A stretch of 64,000 nt of DNA from Promethearchaeota archaeon. Lineage in GTDB: Archaea > Asgardarchaeota > Lokiarchaeia > Sigyniarchaeales > SOKP01. Location of the stretch: positions 9,478 through 73,477 of the forward strand of contig JAHPZI010000018.1 in assembly GCA_019058295.1 (NCBI GenBank), in the 5' to 3' direction. This document shows positions 1 through 10,716 of this stretch, piece by piece. The notes under the pieces were generated by a model that was not told the origin of the DNA, did not search any database, and worked only from the letters and a program-made list of their open reading frames with translations. Every line of letters starts with the position of its first letter. Positions within the stretch are counted from its first letter, which is position 1. The position numbers and the translations under genes were made by a program.

Positions 1-1
1 C

Positions 2-1300
2 GGTAACATGGTGAAATTGATTTCGGATCCCGCCTTTATCTTTAATTCTTTTTGGCCAATGCATGATTAAAGGATCTCGAACTCCCCCTCCGTGTGTGTT
101 CATTTTGTACCATTTGAGTGGAGTATTGCCCACTTGGGCCCATCCCCATGGATAATTTGAAGAACTATTTGGTCCGCCAATATCATCTAAGCGATCTTGA
201 ATGGCGTCTACATCTGTTGACCTTGCATTAAAATATCTCAATACATCCATCATTCCTTCTTGACCGCCTTCTTGACTCGCTCCATTGTCAGACAACAAGA
301 TGATTAATGTATTTTCTTTTTCATCGATTTCTTCAAGGAACGAGATTAATCGTCCGATTTGATGATCTGTATGATCAAGAAAAGCTGCAAATGCTTCTTG
401 CAATCGACATGCGAATCTTTTTTGATTTTCGGATAATTCATCCCATGCTTGCACACCTTTATTACGTGGAGCCAAATCTGTTCCTGGTGGAATGACGCCC
501 ATTTCGAGCTGTCTTTTGTACCATTCCTCTCGCGTGATGTCCCAACCAGCGTTAAATTTCCCTCGATATTTTTGCCGATACTCTAGCGGAGATTGATGTG
601 GAGCGTGAGTCGCGCCAAAGGCTAAATATAAAAAGAAAGGTTTGTCAGGTCGTATGGATTTTAGATCCCGGATGAATTCAATGGAACGATCAACGAGATC
701 TTCACTAACATGATATCCATCTTCAGGCCCATACGGAGGATCAACGGGGTGATTATCGTAAGTTAATTCAGGGTAGAACTGATCGGTTTCGCCTTGCATG
801 AAACCATAATACCGATCAAATCCTCTCCTGATAGGCCAAGTATCAAATGGTCCACCCATCGTTGCTTCCTCCATTGGAGTAAGATGCCATTTTCCTGTCA
901 TTAATGTGGCATAGCCATCTTCTTGTAAGATTTCTCCAAGAGTCGCTGCGTTTTTTGAAATGGAACCACGTAGATTAGGGAACCCCGAAATCATGTTTGA
1001 GAGTGCCCGCATTCCAACGGTGTGATGATTACGCCCAGTTAACAAGCAAGCCCTCGTCGGGGAGCATAATGCCGTAGTGTAGAAATTTGTATATCGCAAC
1101 CCTCCATAGGCGAGCTTGTCAATGTTTGGAGTATCAATGGAAGAACCAAAGCAACCAAAATGCGAAAAGCCAGTATCGTCAAGCAAGATCACGATTACAT
1201 TTGGACTTCCATCGCCAAGTCGCTTCGGTGTCGGCCACCAGGGTTCTGATTCATCAAGTGTGCGACCGATCTTTCCTTTAAAAATTTCTTTTCCAGTCAT
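2..1300 (-). CDS. Arylsulfatase (formylglycine-dependent), 3' end runs off the window
   Basis: Not in the ORF track (no stop in window). My translation from ATG 1300: MTGKEIFKGKIGRTLDESEPWWP...PNVIVILLDDTGFSHFGCFGSSIDTPNIDKLA...TALCSPTRACLLTGRNHH. CxPxR motif at 1052-1066; GKWHL motif later; adjacent to a sulfatase maturase. Confidence 0.93.
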   Translation of the reverse strand, partial: MTGKEIFKGKIGRTLDESEPWWPTPKRLGDGSPNVIVILLDDTGFSHFGCFGSSIDTPNIDKLAYGGLRYTNFYTTALCSPTRACLLTGRNHHTVGMRALSNMISGFPNLRGSISKNAATLGEILQEDGYATLMTGKWHLTPMEEATMGGPFDTWPIRRGFDRYYGFMQGETDQFYPELTYDNHPVDPPYGPEDGYHVSEDLVDRSIEFIRDLKSIRPDKPFFLYLAFGATHAPHQSPLEYRQKYRGKFNAGWDITREEWYKRQLEMGVIPPGTDLAPRNKGVQAWDELSENQKRFACRLQEAFAAFLDHTDHQIGRLISFLEEIDEKENTLIILLSDNGASQEGGQEGMMDVLRYFNARSTDVDAIQDRLDDIGGPNSSSNYPWGWAQVGNTPLKWYKMNTHGGGVRDPLIMHWPKRIKDKGGIRNQFHHVT

Positions 1301-1384
1301 TTTAATCAACTTTTTTGAATAAAAATTATACTATTCCTAATTGTTTCATATATCATAATATAATTAAAATTGAATTTAAATTTA

Positions 1385-2593
1385 TTATTTCATACAACAA
1401 TCTTTATATTTTTTACCGCTTCCACAAGGGCATGGATCATTACGACCAATTTTTGGTATTTTAATTGGAATATGAGTCTTAATATTGCGTTCAGTTCTAA
1501 TTTGCTGCGCTATTCTTTTAAATTGCGTTAAAGTATGTGCATAAAACATCCTCCAGCCTTTGCATAGAAGACTTAATGTTCTTGATGATTTAGAACCACC
1601 AATTCGAAATTTTTGGCAATCTCCATGACAGAGATTTAGATAAGGACAGTTATTACAATACTCATTCCAATTAACTTTTTGGCGTCCAAAGCGAAGATAT
1701 AACGGAGATTTTAAAAAACCATCCCAAGTACCTGTTTTCAGATTTCCAAGTAAAAGATCTTTGCGAACAAAAAAATCGCATGGATAAACATTACCATCAT
1801 ATTCAACAACAAAATACTGACAACAATTATTATTCATGAAGCAAACATTATACCGTCCATATACTAAATATTCCAAAATTGAATCAAATAAACGGATAGA
1901 AATCTTATACATATCCTCTTTTATCCATTCGTCAAATAATTCGCATAGAAAAGTTCCCCATTCTTTTCCAGTTATTGAATAGCTATGAGGTTTATTATTT
2001 TTATCAAATTCAATACAAGGGATATATTGATGATAGAAAAAACCTTGTGACTTCATATATTGATATATTTCCCTTGCCTTCTTTACAGTTTTATTATTAA
2101 CTAAAATTAAGATGTTAAACTCTACATTTTGTTTTTTTAGAATCTCAATACCACGCATAACTAAAGAATGAGTTGGTGTCTGACCGAGAGTTTTTCTATA
2201 ATAATCGTGAAGATATGGAGGTCCATCTAGGCTCACTCCAAGAAGGAATTTATATTTTCCAAAAAGTTTAGCCATTTCTTCCGTAATTAACGTCCCATTT
2301 GTTTGAAGGCCATTACTTACAGCAGCACCAGGAGTTCCGTATTTTTTTTGGAATTCTACAACCTTTTCAAAGAATTTTAATCCCATTAATGTAGGTTCCC
2401 CTCCTTGCCATCCAAAAGAATAGTTATTATATTGATTTGTGTTCATATAACTTTTAATCAAAATCTCTAATGTTTCATCAGACATGCGAGGAGCATTTGT
2501 TCCCTCTTCTAAATGGTCTATATAAAAACAATATTCACATCTGAGATTACAATCTGCTGAAGCGGGTTTTATCAATAGCGAAAAAGGTTTCAA
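1385..2593 (-). CDS. Anaerobic sulfatase-maturating enzyme (radical SAM/SPASM) with C-terminal SEC-C motif
   Basis: [33 protein letters not shown] cysteines (YPCD; CxxC..C.GDC), C-terminal [18 protein letters not shown]; directly upstream of the sulfatase. Confidence 0.93.
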   Translation of the reverse strand: MKPFSLLIKPASADCNLRCEYCFYIDHLEEGTNAPRMSDETLEILIKSYMNTNQYNNYSFGWQGGEPTLMGLKFFEKVVEFQKKYGTPGAAVSNGLQTNGTLITEEMAKLFGKYKFLLGVSLDGPPYLHDYYRKTLGQTPTHSLVMRGIEILKKQNVEFNILILVNNKTVKKAREIYQYMKSQGFFYHQYIPCIEFDKNNKPHSYSITGKEWGTFLCELFDEWIKEDMYKISIRLFDSILEYLVYGRYNVCFMNNNCCQYFVVEYDGNVYPCDFFVRKDLLLGNLKTGTWDGFLKSPLYLRFGRQKVNWNEYCNNCPYLNLCHGDCQKFRIGGSKSSRTLSLLCKGWRMFYAHTLTQFKRIAQQIRTERNIKTHIPIKIPKIGRNDPCPCGSGKKYKDCCMK

Positions 2594-2643
2594 TGTATTA
2601 TTATAAAAATTATTTTAATTTTTAATTAATTTTTATTTCATAT

Positions 2644-3606
2644 TTAATTTATTTCATACTGTTGTTCATCACTCTTTCTTTCTCTTACAATCATTATTAT
2701 TGAAAATATTACTATAATGGTTCCAATTAAGTGAAATAACGTAAAAGCATCTCCCAATATAAAAAAAGCAAATAAAGCTGTAATAATCGGCGTAGGAGCG
2801 ACTAGTATTGTAGCTTTTGAGATCTCCATGTACGAAATCGTTTTATACCAACAAAATAAACCTAATCCTTGAACAACTCCAATAGCTATAAAATAAAAAA
2901 TATTAACAGGGTCGTAAAACAGATTGACTTGAAAGGGAAAGAACAATAGATATGTAGAAAATAAGACTATTGTTCCTATAATGCTTCTTATAAAAACTAT
3001 TGAAACCGGTGTAGCTTCTTTATTGTCAATAATAGGTTTAGTCTGGGTATGAGCCAAAGTCCAAAAACCACATACAATTACTAAAATTATTACTCCAAGT
3101 ATTATTTCGGCATTAAACTCAGATACATCCACCTTCAACTCAGTTACAGCTAAAAAAAGACCAAAAAACAAAAAAATTGAAAAAACTATTTGTTTTTTTG
3201 AAATTTTCTCATTTAAAAACAAATAACCAAATACTAATGCAAATATTATCCTTGTCTTCGTTGCTAATGCACCATTAATTGCCCCTGCTAATTCAAATCC
3301 TATGAAGTAAAAAATACGTCCAAGACCAAATAAAACTCCTAAATATATTAAAAATTTTTTATTTTTTTTCCAACCATTTAAAAGAGATTCACTCTCATCT
3401 TGAGTTAATAGCCCATTTTCATATTTCGCTTTAAGATTCTTTCTCTCTATTATCATTAATGGCAGAAACACAATACTCACAATTAAGAACGATGTAGCTG
3501 CGAATATATAAGGATCCAGAACTACTGGTCTTGAGAGTATTACTATTGGTTGTAACCCAATTAAAAATCCACAAATAATGCCGAAGATATACCCTTTTTT
3601 TTCCAA
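2644..3606 (-). CDS. DMT/EamA-family transporter
   Basis: About 10 hydrophobic segments in two repeats; FGYLFLNEKIS and FAFFILGDAFT EamA-type endings. Confidence 0.85.
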   Translation of the reverse strand: MEKKGYIFGIICGFLIGLQPIVILSRPVVLDPYIFAATSFLIVSIVFLPLMIIERKNLKAKYENGLLTQDESESLLNGWKKNKKFLIYLGVLFGLGRIFYFIGFELAGAINGALATKTRIIFALVFGYLFLNEKISKKQIVFSIFLFFGLFLAVTELKVDVSEFNAEIILGVIILVIVCGFWTLAHTQTKPIIDNKEATPVSIVFIRSIIGTIVLFSTYLLFFPFQVNLFYDPVNIFYFIAIGVVQGLGLFCWYKTISYMEISKATILVAPTPIITALFAFFILGDAFTLFHLIGTIIVIFSIIMIVRERKSDEQQYEIN

Positions 3607-3677
3607 GATATAGATAAAAAAGAGGAGAAAATTAAAAACTTTGAGAAACTTAACAAATTAAAAAAGAGGTAAAAATA

Positions 3678-4175
3678 ATGAATTTAAGAGAAGTGTTTGA
3701 AAAGAGAAAGAGCATTCGCAAGTTTACAGGCGAGCCAATTAAAGAGGATCAAATCAAATTAATTATGGAAGCTGCACAAATCGCTCCATCTGCATCTAAT
3801 AAGCAACCTTATAAATTCATTGTAATAAAAAATGATGAATTCAAGAAGGTATTGAGAAAAAAAGCTGTACCACAGCGTTTCATAGAGAAAGCAGCCGTGA
3901 TTTTTGTAGCATTAGGAAATAAAAAAGAAGCTGATTATTTTTATAAAGTGGATATTGGAATAGTAGTTCAACACATGGCTTTACAAGCAGCGGAATTAGG
4001 TTTGGGATCTTGCTGGTTGGGAGCAATTAAGAGAGATGAGCTCAGGGAATTGTTAAAAGTTCCAAATGATTGGGAAATAGTTGCCTTATTGGCAGTTGGC
4101 GTTCCTGGTCAAGATCCTCCTGCCAGACCGCGTAAGTCTTTGGATGAATTATTTGTCAATGACAGTTTTCAATAG
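3678..4175 (+). CDS. Nitroreductase family protein
   Basis: KRKSIRKF, APSASNKQPY, AAELGLGSCW motifs. Confidence 0.92.
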   Translation: MNLREVFEKRKSIRKFTGEPIKEDQIKLIMEAAQIAPSASNKQPYKFIVIKNDEFKKVLRKKAVPQRFIEKAAVIFVALGNKKEADYFYKVDIGIVVQHMALQAAELGLGSCWLGAIKRDELRELLKVPNDWEIVALLAVGVPGQDPPARPRKSLDELFVNDSFQ

Positions 4176-4266
4176 ATTTAACTTATAAGTTATTAAAGAA
4201 GAAATAGAAAATGATATTTGTTTTGATGTTTTTTAACAAATAAATAGAATGAATACAAGTGATTGA

Positions 4267-5637
4267 ATGTCCAAGAAATTTTCTAAGGAGCCATTAAGGG
4301 GGATGCGGGATTTTTACCCGACTGATTTAAGGGAAGTAAATTGGATAAAGAGCATTATAGAGGGGATTGCAGATATATATTGTTATGAAGAATTTGAGGG
4401 CCCACTTCTGGAGCCAATAGAGATTTTCGCTGCGAAATCCTCTGATGAATTGGTAAATGAGCAATCGTTTGTTGTTGAAAAGAAAAAAGGAGAGAGATTA
4501 CTTTTAAGACCAGAGCTTACTCCAACGCTTGCGAGAATGATTGCTAAAAGAAGTCAGGAAATTAAGAAGCCCATACGTTGGTATTCAATCCCTATTTGTT
4601 ATAGATACGAACGACCTCAAAAAGGGCGTCGAAGAGAGTTTAAGCAAGTAAATTTTGATATTTTAGGCGAAGATAGTCTTTATGCAGAATTAGAGATATT
4701 TAACATCAGCGTTGATATTTTTGTGAGTTTTGGTGCAACCGCTGATCAATTTCAGATTTTTTATAATAATCGTAGATTTATAGACGCTATTTGTGAGCTT
4801 ATTCTTGAGATTCCCGAGGATAAAATACCTCTGGTCTTTAAGATTTTAGATAAATCAGATAAAATGGAAGAGAGCGAATTTGAGAAGTATGTCATTGATT
4901 CCTTCCAAGATGAATTCATTGTTCAAGGAATCTTGAAACTGAAGGATTCTGACGGAATAAAAGAATTATTGGATAAATTTGATAATATTCCTGAAAAATT
5001 TTACGATTCTGAGGGATATAAAGAAATTAAATCTTTAGAGGATTTAATCAATGAAACGGGGCTTTCAGATTATTGTACATTCTCGTCGAGTGTCGTAAGA
5101 GGATTAGATTATTATACTGGAACTGTATTCGAGGTATTTGACACAGGGAAAGAAAATATAAGAGCTATTTTTGGTGGTGGAAGATATGACGATTTATTAT
5201 CTTTATTTTCTGATGAGCAATTATCTGGGATTGGATTTGGAATGGGAGTGTTGATGTTCTCTTTATTTTTAAAAACGTATAATTTAATTCCAGAGTTTGT
5301 TTATGAAAGGGATTTCTCTGATACAGTTTATATCACATGCGTTAACGAAAATGTAGCTAATTACGCTATTCAGCTCGCAGATATTATTCGGAGTGAAGAT
5401 TTTCCTTGTATTATAGATTATAAATTTAAAAATTTAAAAAGTCAATTGAGCAGAGCGAGTGAGTTAGGGATTTTAATAGCTTTAATCATTGGAGAAGAAG
5501 AAATGGAACAAAATAAAGTCTCAATAAAAAATATGGCTGCAAATGAACAAAAAACGATAAATTCTGAAGATATAATAGAGGAAATTTACAAAATTCTTGA
5601 TGAATTTGAAGAGAAAAATGAGATTGAAGATAATTAA
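4267..5637 (+). CDS. hisS: Histidine--tRNA ligase
   Basis: RGMRDF, LRPELTP, YRYERPQKGRRREF, VRGLDYYTG, GGGRYD, C-terminal anticodon-binding domain. Confidence 0.97.
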   Translation: MSKKFSKEPLRGMRDFYPTDLREVNWIKSIIEGIADIYCYEEFEGPLLEPIEIFAAKSSDELVNEQSFVVEKKKGERLLLRPELTPTLARMIAKRSQEIKKPIRWYSIPICYRYERPQKGRRREFKQVNFDILGEDSLYAELEIFNISVDIFVSFGATADQFQIFYNNRRFIDAICELILEIPEDKIPLVFKILDKSDKMEESEFEKYVIDSFQDEFIVQGILKLKDSDGIKELLDKFDNIPEKFYDSEGYKEIKSLEDLINETGLSDYCTFSSSVVRGLDYYTGTVFEVFDTGKENIRAIFGGGRYDDLLSLFSDEQLSGIGFGMGVLMFSLFLKTYNLIPEFVYERDFSDTVYITCVNENVANYAIQLADIIRSEDFPCIIDYKFKNLKSQLSRASELGILIALIIGEEEMEQNKVSIKNMAANEQKTINSEDIIEEIYKILDEFEEKNEIEDN

Positions 5638-5809
5638 TTTTATAACTTTCAAAAATAAATAAGAAAGTGTGATATTTTCACAAAATTTTTAGAAAAAGAA
5701 TATTTTTTTATTTTCTTATTCATTATACTTTTTTGTTAAGGAAAAGCTCTTTTAGGCTTTTAATCATCATTAAATATTAATTTGTAATTGAAAAGGGTGA
5801 AATACTAAA

Positions 5810-6919
5810 TTGAATATAAATATTGGTGTAATTGGTACGGGATTGATTGGATTAATTCATTTATTCTCATTAAAACAAATAAAAGAAGAAAATTTAATAT
5901 CTAAAAATGGAGTAAATATCAATATTAAACAAATCGCTGATATTGATGAAAATAAATTGAATAAATTAAAAAAAAATAATCCTTATAATGTGGAGCGTTT
6001 TACGACTAATCCAGAGGACTTAATTTATGATAATTCAATTGATATCATATACATAGCGACTCCCACGAAATTTCATAAAGAATTTTTTTGTAAAGCGGCC
6101 GAGGAAGGTAAGAATATTTTCTGTGAAAAACCAATAGCTTTTTCTTTAGATGATATCAAAGAAATGATTTCTTATGAAAAAAAATATGGAATTCTTACAC
6201 AAACAGGATTAGTTTTGAGATATTGTCCGATATTCTGGAAATTCAAAGAAATTTTATTAGATAAGAATCTACAATTTGGAGAGAGATTATCATTCATATT
6301 TCGAGATACACAGGAATGGCCTTTAGGAACTCAAACTCATCCGTCTGAATGGAGAAAAGATCCTTCCTTAGCGTATGCTGGTTGTTTATATGAACATGGT
6401 ATTCATGATGTGGATTTGTTAAACTACCTTTTTAATGAAGAAGCTGAAATTTCGAAATTAAAAGCTAAAATACGCTATGTTTCTCAATTAACGCAGGGAA
6501 GCATTGAAGATGTTGCAATCTTAAACATTGAATATTTAGATGGATTTTCGGGCAATTTAATCGGAATTTGGAATAATGCTAGAATGGATGAGAGGCGGTT
6601 TGAAGTCTCTTTTGAAAATGGATTTCTGGTTTTGGATGGATATACTGGATTTTCTCTTAATAAATTTGAATATCTAATTAAAAAGAAAAAAAAAAGATTC
6701 ACTATGAAAGATGTTACAATAGAATATTTGGAACAGAAAAATTATCCAAAGACAACTTCAAACTTAGGGCCTTATTTATACGAGAATTTAAGTTTTTTAA
6801 ATTCAGTGCTTAATGAGGAGAAACCATACCCTGGATTAGAAATTGGATATAAAGCGCATAATATTATTGAACTTGCTTATCAATCTTCAAAGGAAAATAC
6901 AATAATTAATTTTAATTAA
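5810..6919 (+). CDS. Gfo/Idh/MocA family oxidoreductase
   Basis: GVIGTGLIG Rossmann motif, IATPTKFH, CEKP, GCLYEHGIHDVD. Confidence 0.9.
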   Translation: MNINIGVIGTGLIGLIHLFSLKQIKEENLISKNGVNINIKQIADIDENKLNKLKKNNPYNVERFTTNPEDLIYDNSIDIIYIATPTKFHKEFFCKAAEEGKNIFCEKPIAFSLDDIKEMISYEKKYGILTQTGLVLRYCPIFWKFKEILLDKNLQFGERLSFIFRDTQEWPLGTQTHPSEWRKDPSLAYAGCLYEHGIHDVDLLNYLFNEEAEISKLKAKIRYVSQLTQGSIEDVAILNIEYLDGFSGNLIGIWNNARMDERRFEVSFENGFLVLDGYTGFSLNKFEYLIKKKKKRFTMKDVTIEYLEQKNYPKTTSNLGPYLYENLSFLNSVLNEEKPYPGLEIGYKAHNIIELAYQSSKENTIINFN

Positions 6920-6952
6920 TAGAAGATAATTAATTGAATTTTTAAATAAATT

Positions 6953-7549
6953 ATGGAAACCATTAAACCAATTTTAAATATAGATGAAAAAATTTTATGG
7001 AAAAGTAATCCCTCATTTTATAAATCAAAACGAGCAATATTAATTACTTATATTGTATGTGAATTATTCTCAAGCTTCTTGTTAATTATTAGTATAATAA
7101 AAATAGATTTATTTTGGATTATATGGTCACTAATTTATATGGTTTTCTTTAATATAATAATCTATCTAGGGCATATACTTTTAAAAAATGTTGAAAAATC
7201 TATATATTTGATTACAGACAAACGAGTTATTGAAAAATCCTCTATAGTTCGCCGAATCGATTTTTCTAAGGCTCCAAGTAATTCTTTAAAAGTTGAAGGA
7301 GATATAGTTGCTGTTGATATTTCATCAATTAAAAGAATTATAATTAAAAGGTTTGAATTATCTTGGAAATTTGAATTCTATATAAATTTGGAAAAAGATG
7401 TTTATTCTTGGATAACTTTTCGAGGAATTACCGAATTTTCGGAAATAAAGAAAATTTTAGCTAAATTAATCCCTTTCAGAGAAGAAAGGATAAAAAAAAG
7501 AAATAAACTTAAAAAAATTATCCTTTTAAGAGAAAATGGAACGATTTGA
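6953..7549 (+). CDS. Membrane protein with bacterial PH-like domain
   Basis: DEKILWKSNP, two TM helices, YLITDKRVI. Confidence 0.6.
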   Translation: METIKPILNIDEKILWKSNPSFYKSKRAILITYIVCELFSSFLLIISIIKIDLFWIIWSLIYMVFFNIIIYLGHILLKNVEKSIYLITDKRVIEKSSIVRRIDFSKAPSNSLKVEGDIVAVDISSIKRIIIKRFELSWKFEFYINLEKDVYSWITFRGITEFSEIKKILAKLIPFREERIKKRNKLKKIILLRENGTI

Positions 7550-7599
7550 TGTTAATACTTTTAATTTTTTAAGATTATGAAAATTAATTAAATAGAAAA

Positions 7600-9315
7600 A
7601 TGTTGAGGACTTTGGATATCACATTATTTAAAGACGCAGAAATCATTACTATGGACAAAGATAATTCGATATATGATTGCATGGCGGTTTATAATGACAC
7701 AATTTTAGATATTGGAGAATATAATAATGTTATAAAGAATGTAAATAAAACTATCAAAGATATTGAAGAAAAAGAAAATAAAAAAATAACATTTAAAGAG
7801 AAGATCTTAAAGGGATGCTGTATTGTTCCTGGTTTTATCGATGGTCACCTCCATCCAATCATAGCAATTTATTTTAAAACACAGATTGAGTTATCAAATA
7901 TTAAAAGTTATTCACAATTGAAAGACGTTTTAATAAATGAAGATAAAGTGAGAGAAAAAGATGAATGGATTTTAGGTTTTGATTTAATGGAAGATAGATT
8001 TATAAATGAAGAAGAAAGATATTTTCCAAATAGAACGAAATTGGATGAATTTGGTTTAAATAGACCAATTGCAATTTTTAGATCTGATGGTCATATATGC
8101 GGAGTAAATTCTATCGCTTTAGATTTGATGGGTATAAATCAGTCAAATGTTAAGGAAATGATTCTTACATTTGGAGAGATTCAAATTGATAGAAAGGGCA
8201 TCCCAACGGGCATATTTATAGAAGACGCAAAAAATATCATTTTAGAAAGAATACCTGTCCCCAGTATTGAAAGAATTAAAGAAGCAATCCAATTGTTTTC
8301 TGATGAATTAGCATCATATGGAATAACATCATTTGGATGTTTTGTACAGGAGGGTGAAAAGGGATTCACTGGGAAAATCGGGAGGGTAGAAATACAATTA
8401 TTAAAATATTTGATTAAAGAGAATTTAATCAAACAAGATTTCACTATTTTTTTGGATACTGAGAAACCTAAAAAACTAAATCGTTTAAACAATACTATAA
8501 TCAAGTTAATTGGTAATAATGAAAAAATTAATGTGGGAGGTATCAAAGGTTTTGCTGATGGTACTTTCGCGGCTTTCACAGCATATATGTATGAACCTTT
8601 TTCTGATTCATTAGAAAAGAAGACAGGATTTTTGGTAAAAGAAAAAGAAGATCTTTTTCAACTTTTTAAAGAATCTTTCAATTTAAAATATCACTTAGCA
8701 TGTCATGCTATTGGTGATAGAGCCAATAGAATCATTGTAGATGTTTATAAAGATATTATAAAGAATGATGGTAATAATCCATCTTTAAAAAACAACAATC
8801 AACCCATAAGATTTAGAATTGAACATGCTTCTCTAATTAACGATGAAACTATAAAAGATGCAGCAGACCTTGGCATTATTATAGTAAGCCAACCTCTCTT
8901 TATAGACAGTGATCATACTTTGTTAGAAAAAAGATTAGGACCTGAACGGATAAAGAATTGCTATCCATTTAGGTCTATTATTGATTCAGGTATAATCTTA
9001 GCAGGAGCTTCCGATGCGCCAGCCGAACCCCCCGATATATTAAAGGCAATTCAAATTTGTATTACTAGAGACGGATTTGTTCCAGAACAAGCAATTACAG
9101 TAAAAGAAGCTTTAAAAATGTTTACTTATAACGCAGCTTATTCACTCGGGCAAGAAAAAAAGAAAGGTAGTTTAGAGAAAGGGAAACTAGCTGATTTCGT
9201 CATTTTAAATCGAGATATTACGTCAATTTCTATTGATGAAATTACAAATACTAAAATATTAGGTACATATCATAGAGGAAACAAAATATATTCAAAAAAA
9301 AATATTAACGAATAA
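7600..9315 (+). CDS. Metal-dependent amidohydrolase (YtcJ/Amidohydro_3 type)
   Basis: VPGFIDGHLH, KGFADG, HAIGD, RIEHA, GASDAP, GSLEKGKLADFVIL. Confidence 0.92.
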   Translation: MLRTLDITLFKDAEIITMDKDNSIYDCMAVYNDTILDIGEYNNVIKNVNKTIKDIEEKENKKITFKEKILKGCCIVPGFIDGHLHPIIAIYFKTQIELSNIKSYSQLKDVLINEDKVREKDEWILGFDLMEDRFINEEERYFPNRTKLDEFGLNRPIAIFRSDGHICGVNSIALDLMGINQSNVKEMILTFGEIQIDRKGIPTGIFIEDAKNIILERIPVPSIERIKEAIQLFSDELASYGITSFGCFVQEGEKGFTGKIGRVEIQLLKYLIKENLIKQDFTIFLDTEKPKKLNRLNNTIIKLIGNNEKINVGGIKGFADGTFAAFTAYMYEPFSDSLEKKTGFLVKEKEDLFQLFKESFNLKYHLACHAIGDRANRIIVDVYKDIIKNDGNNPSLKNNNQPIRFRIEHASLINDETIKDAADLGIIIVSQPLFIDSDHTLLEKRLGPERIKNCYPFRSIIDSGIILAGASDAPAEPPDILKAIQICITRDGFVPEQAITVKEALKMFTYNAAYSLGQEKKKGSLEKGKLADFVILNRDITSISIDEITNTKILGTYHRGNKIYSKKNINE

Positions 9316-9482
9316 AAGCCGATTAATATTTAACATGGAACTTGGAAAGATTGATAATGATCAAAGGGCAATAGGTAATATTATATGGTTATTTAGAGAA
9401 TGCATGAGAAAGGATTATATGTCCGTGTTGATTGATTTAAAAGTTTCTAATCCATACTATATTAATATAAATTAAAAGAGAA

Positions 9483-10652
9483 TTATTTTTCAATAGATAT
9501 TGCGGGTTTAACTGCATATTTTTCTAATGCTTTTTCATCTAATTTAACGCCCCATCCAATACCGTCAGGGACTTCCACAGTACCCTTATCATATTTAAGA
9601 GCATCAACAATTAGATCATCTTCAAACATAATATATCCAAATAATTCTGGATGAAATCCCAATGAATCAAATTTAGCTGTAGCTAAATGAATAAGAGCTG
9701 CTGATGAAATACCTAAAGGTTGACTATTTATAATTGTGCCCATTCCTTTTTGCTTGGCATAATCAATTACTTTTATAATATTGGAAATTCCTCCAGGGAG
9801 CTCCATATTCACTCCCGCAGCTCTAACCGCACCAAGTTCAACTAAGACAGTGAAATCTCTGAAAGAATAAAAACCCTCATGAGCAAATATCGGGATATTA
9901 ACATTTTTTTGAACAAAAGCCATTCCAAGATAGTCATCTTTATCAACAGGTTGTTCTGCGGCTTCAATTCCGAAAATCTCAATTGCATTGATTGCGCGAA
10001 TGGCTTCTTCTGTTTTATAAGCTTGATTATAATCTACGCGTAATCTTATATCAGATCCAACTTCATCCCGGATGTTTTTAGAGATTTCTATGTCCTCCTC
10101 AACATTTCTGCCCAATTTATATCTAATAGTTTTATAACCTGACTTTACATATCCTTTAGTAATAAATTTCATGGTATTTAAATCAGCAAGAGGAACTAAA
10201 GCTGTTAACGGGATTTTATCAACTTGTTTTCCTCCTATTAGATCATATACAGGTTGACTAGAGATTTGTCCTATTAAATCATAACAAGCCATATCTAATA
10301 TACCTTTAGCAACTTCAGTTCGAGCGACATTATCATTCATTTTTTTATTGATTTTATTAAAATTTTGAGGGTCTTCACCTAATACATACTTATATAATTC
10401 ATTTTCAATAGCATCAATTATTTGGTTAGGTGATACTCCCGTCTCAGGTAACCAAACCACCATCTCACCAAGACCCATTGTTCCATCTTTAGTAAATATT
10501 TGACAAATAACAGCTTCTCCTCCCTGCCAAGGTTCATCTGTATGAATTGCCATCCCATGCCCTCCTTCGCTGGAATCCATAATTGCTCTTACAGCTTTTT
10601 TAAATGGCACAAAAATAGGAGTTAATCTTATTTCTACAATCTCATTGGTCAT
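9483..10652 (-). CDS. Enolase superfamily (mandelate racemase/muconate cycloisomerase-like) enzyme
   Basis: DMACYDLIG..PVYDLIGG capping domain, RVDYNQ, EQP, VPDGIGWGV. Confidence 0.88.
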   Translation of the reverse strand: MTNEIVEIRLTPIFVPFKKAVRAIMDSSEGGHGMAIHTDEPWQGGEAVICQIFTKDGTMGLGEMVVWLPETGVSPNQIIDAIENELYKYVLGEDPQNFNKINKKMNDNVARTEVAKGILDMACYDLIGQISSQPVYDLIGGKQVDKIPLTALVPLADLNTMKFITKGYVKSGYKTIRYKLGRNVEEDIEISKNIRDEVGSDIRLRVDYNQAYKTEEAIRAINAIEIFGIEAAEQPVDKDDYLGMAFVQKNVNIPIFAHEGFYSFRDFTVLVELGAVRAAGVNMELPGGISNIIKVIDYAKQKGMGTIINSQPLGISSAALIHLATAKFDSLGFHPELFGYIMFEDDLIVDALKYDKGTVEVPDGIGWGVKLDEKALEKYAVKPAISIEK

Positions 10653-10716
10653 AATTTATATTATATACTGATTTTATTATACTTTTTTATTAATAGGAAG
10701 TTCAATTATAAATTAT

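Noticed and set aside
307-1322. Short + strand ORFs (307..495, 1087..1281, 1116..1322)
   Set aside because: Antisense shadows of the minus-strand sulfatase
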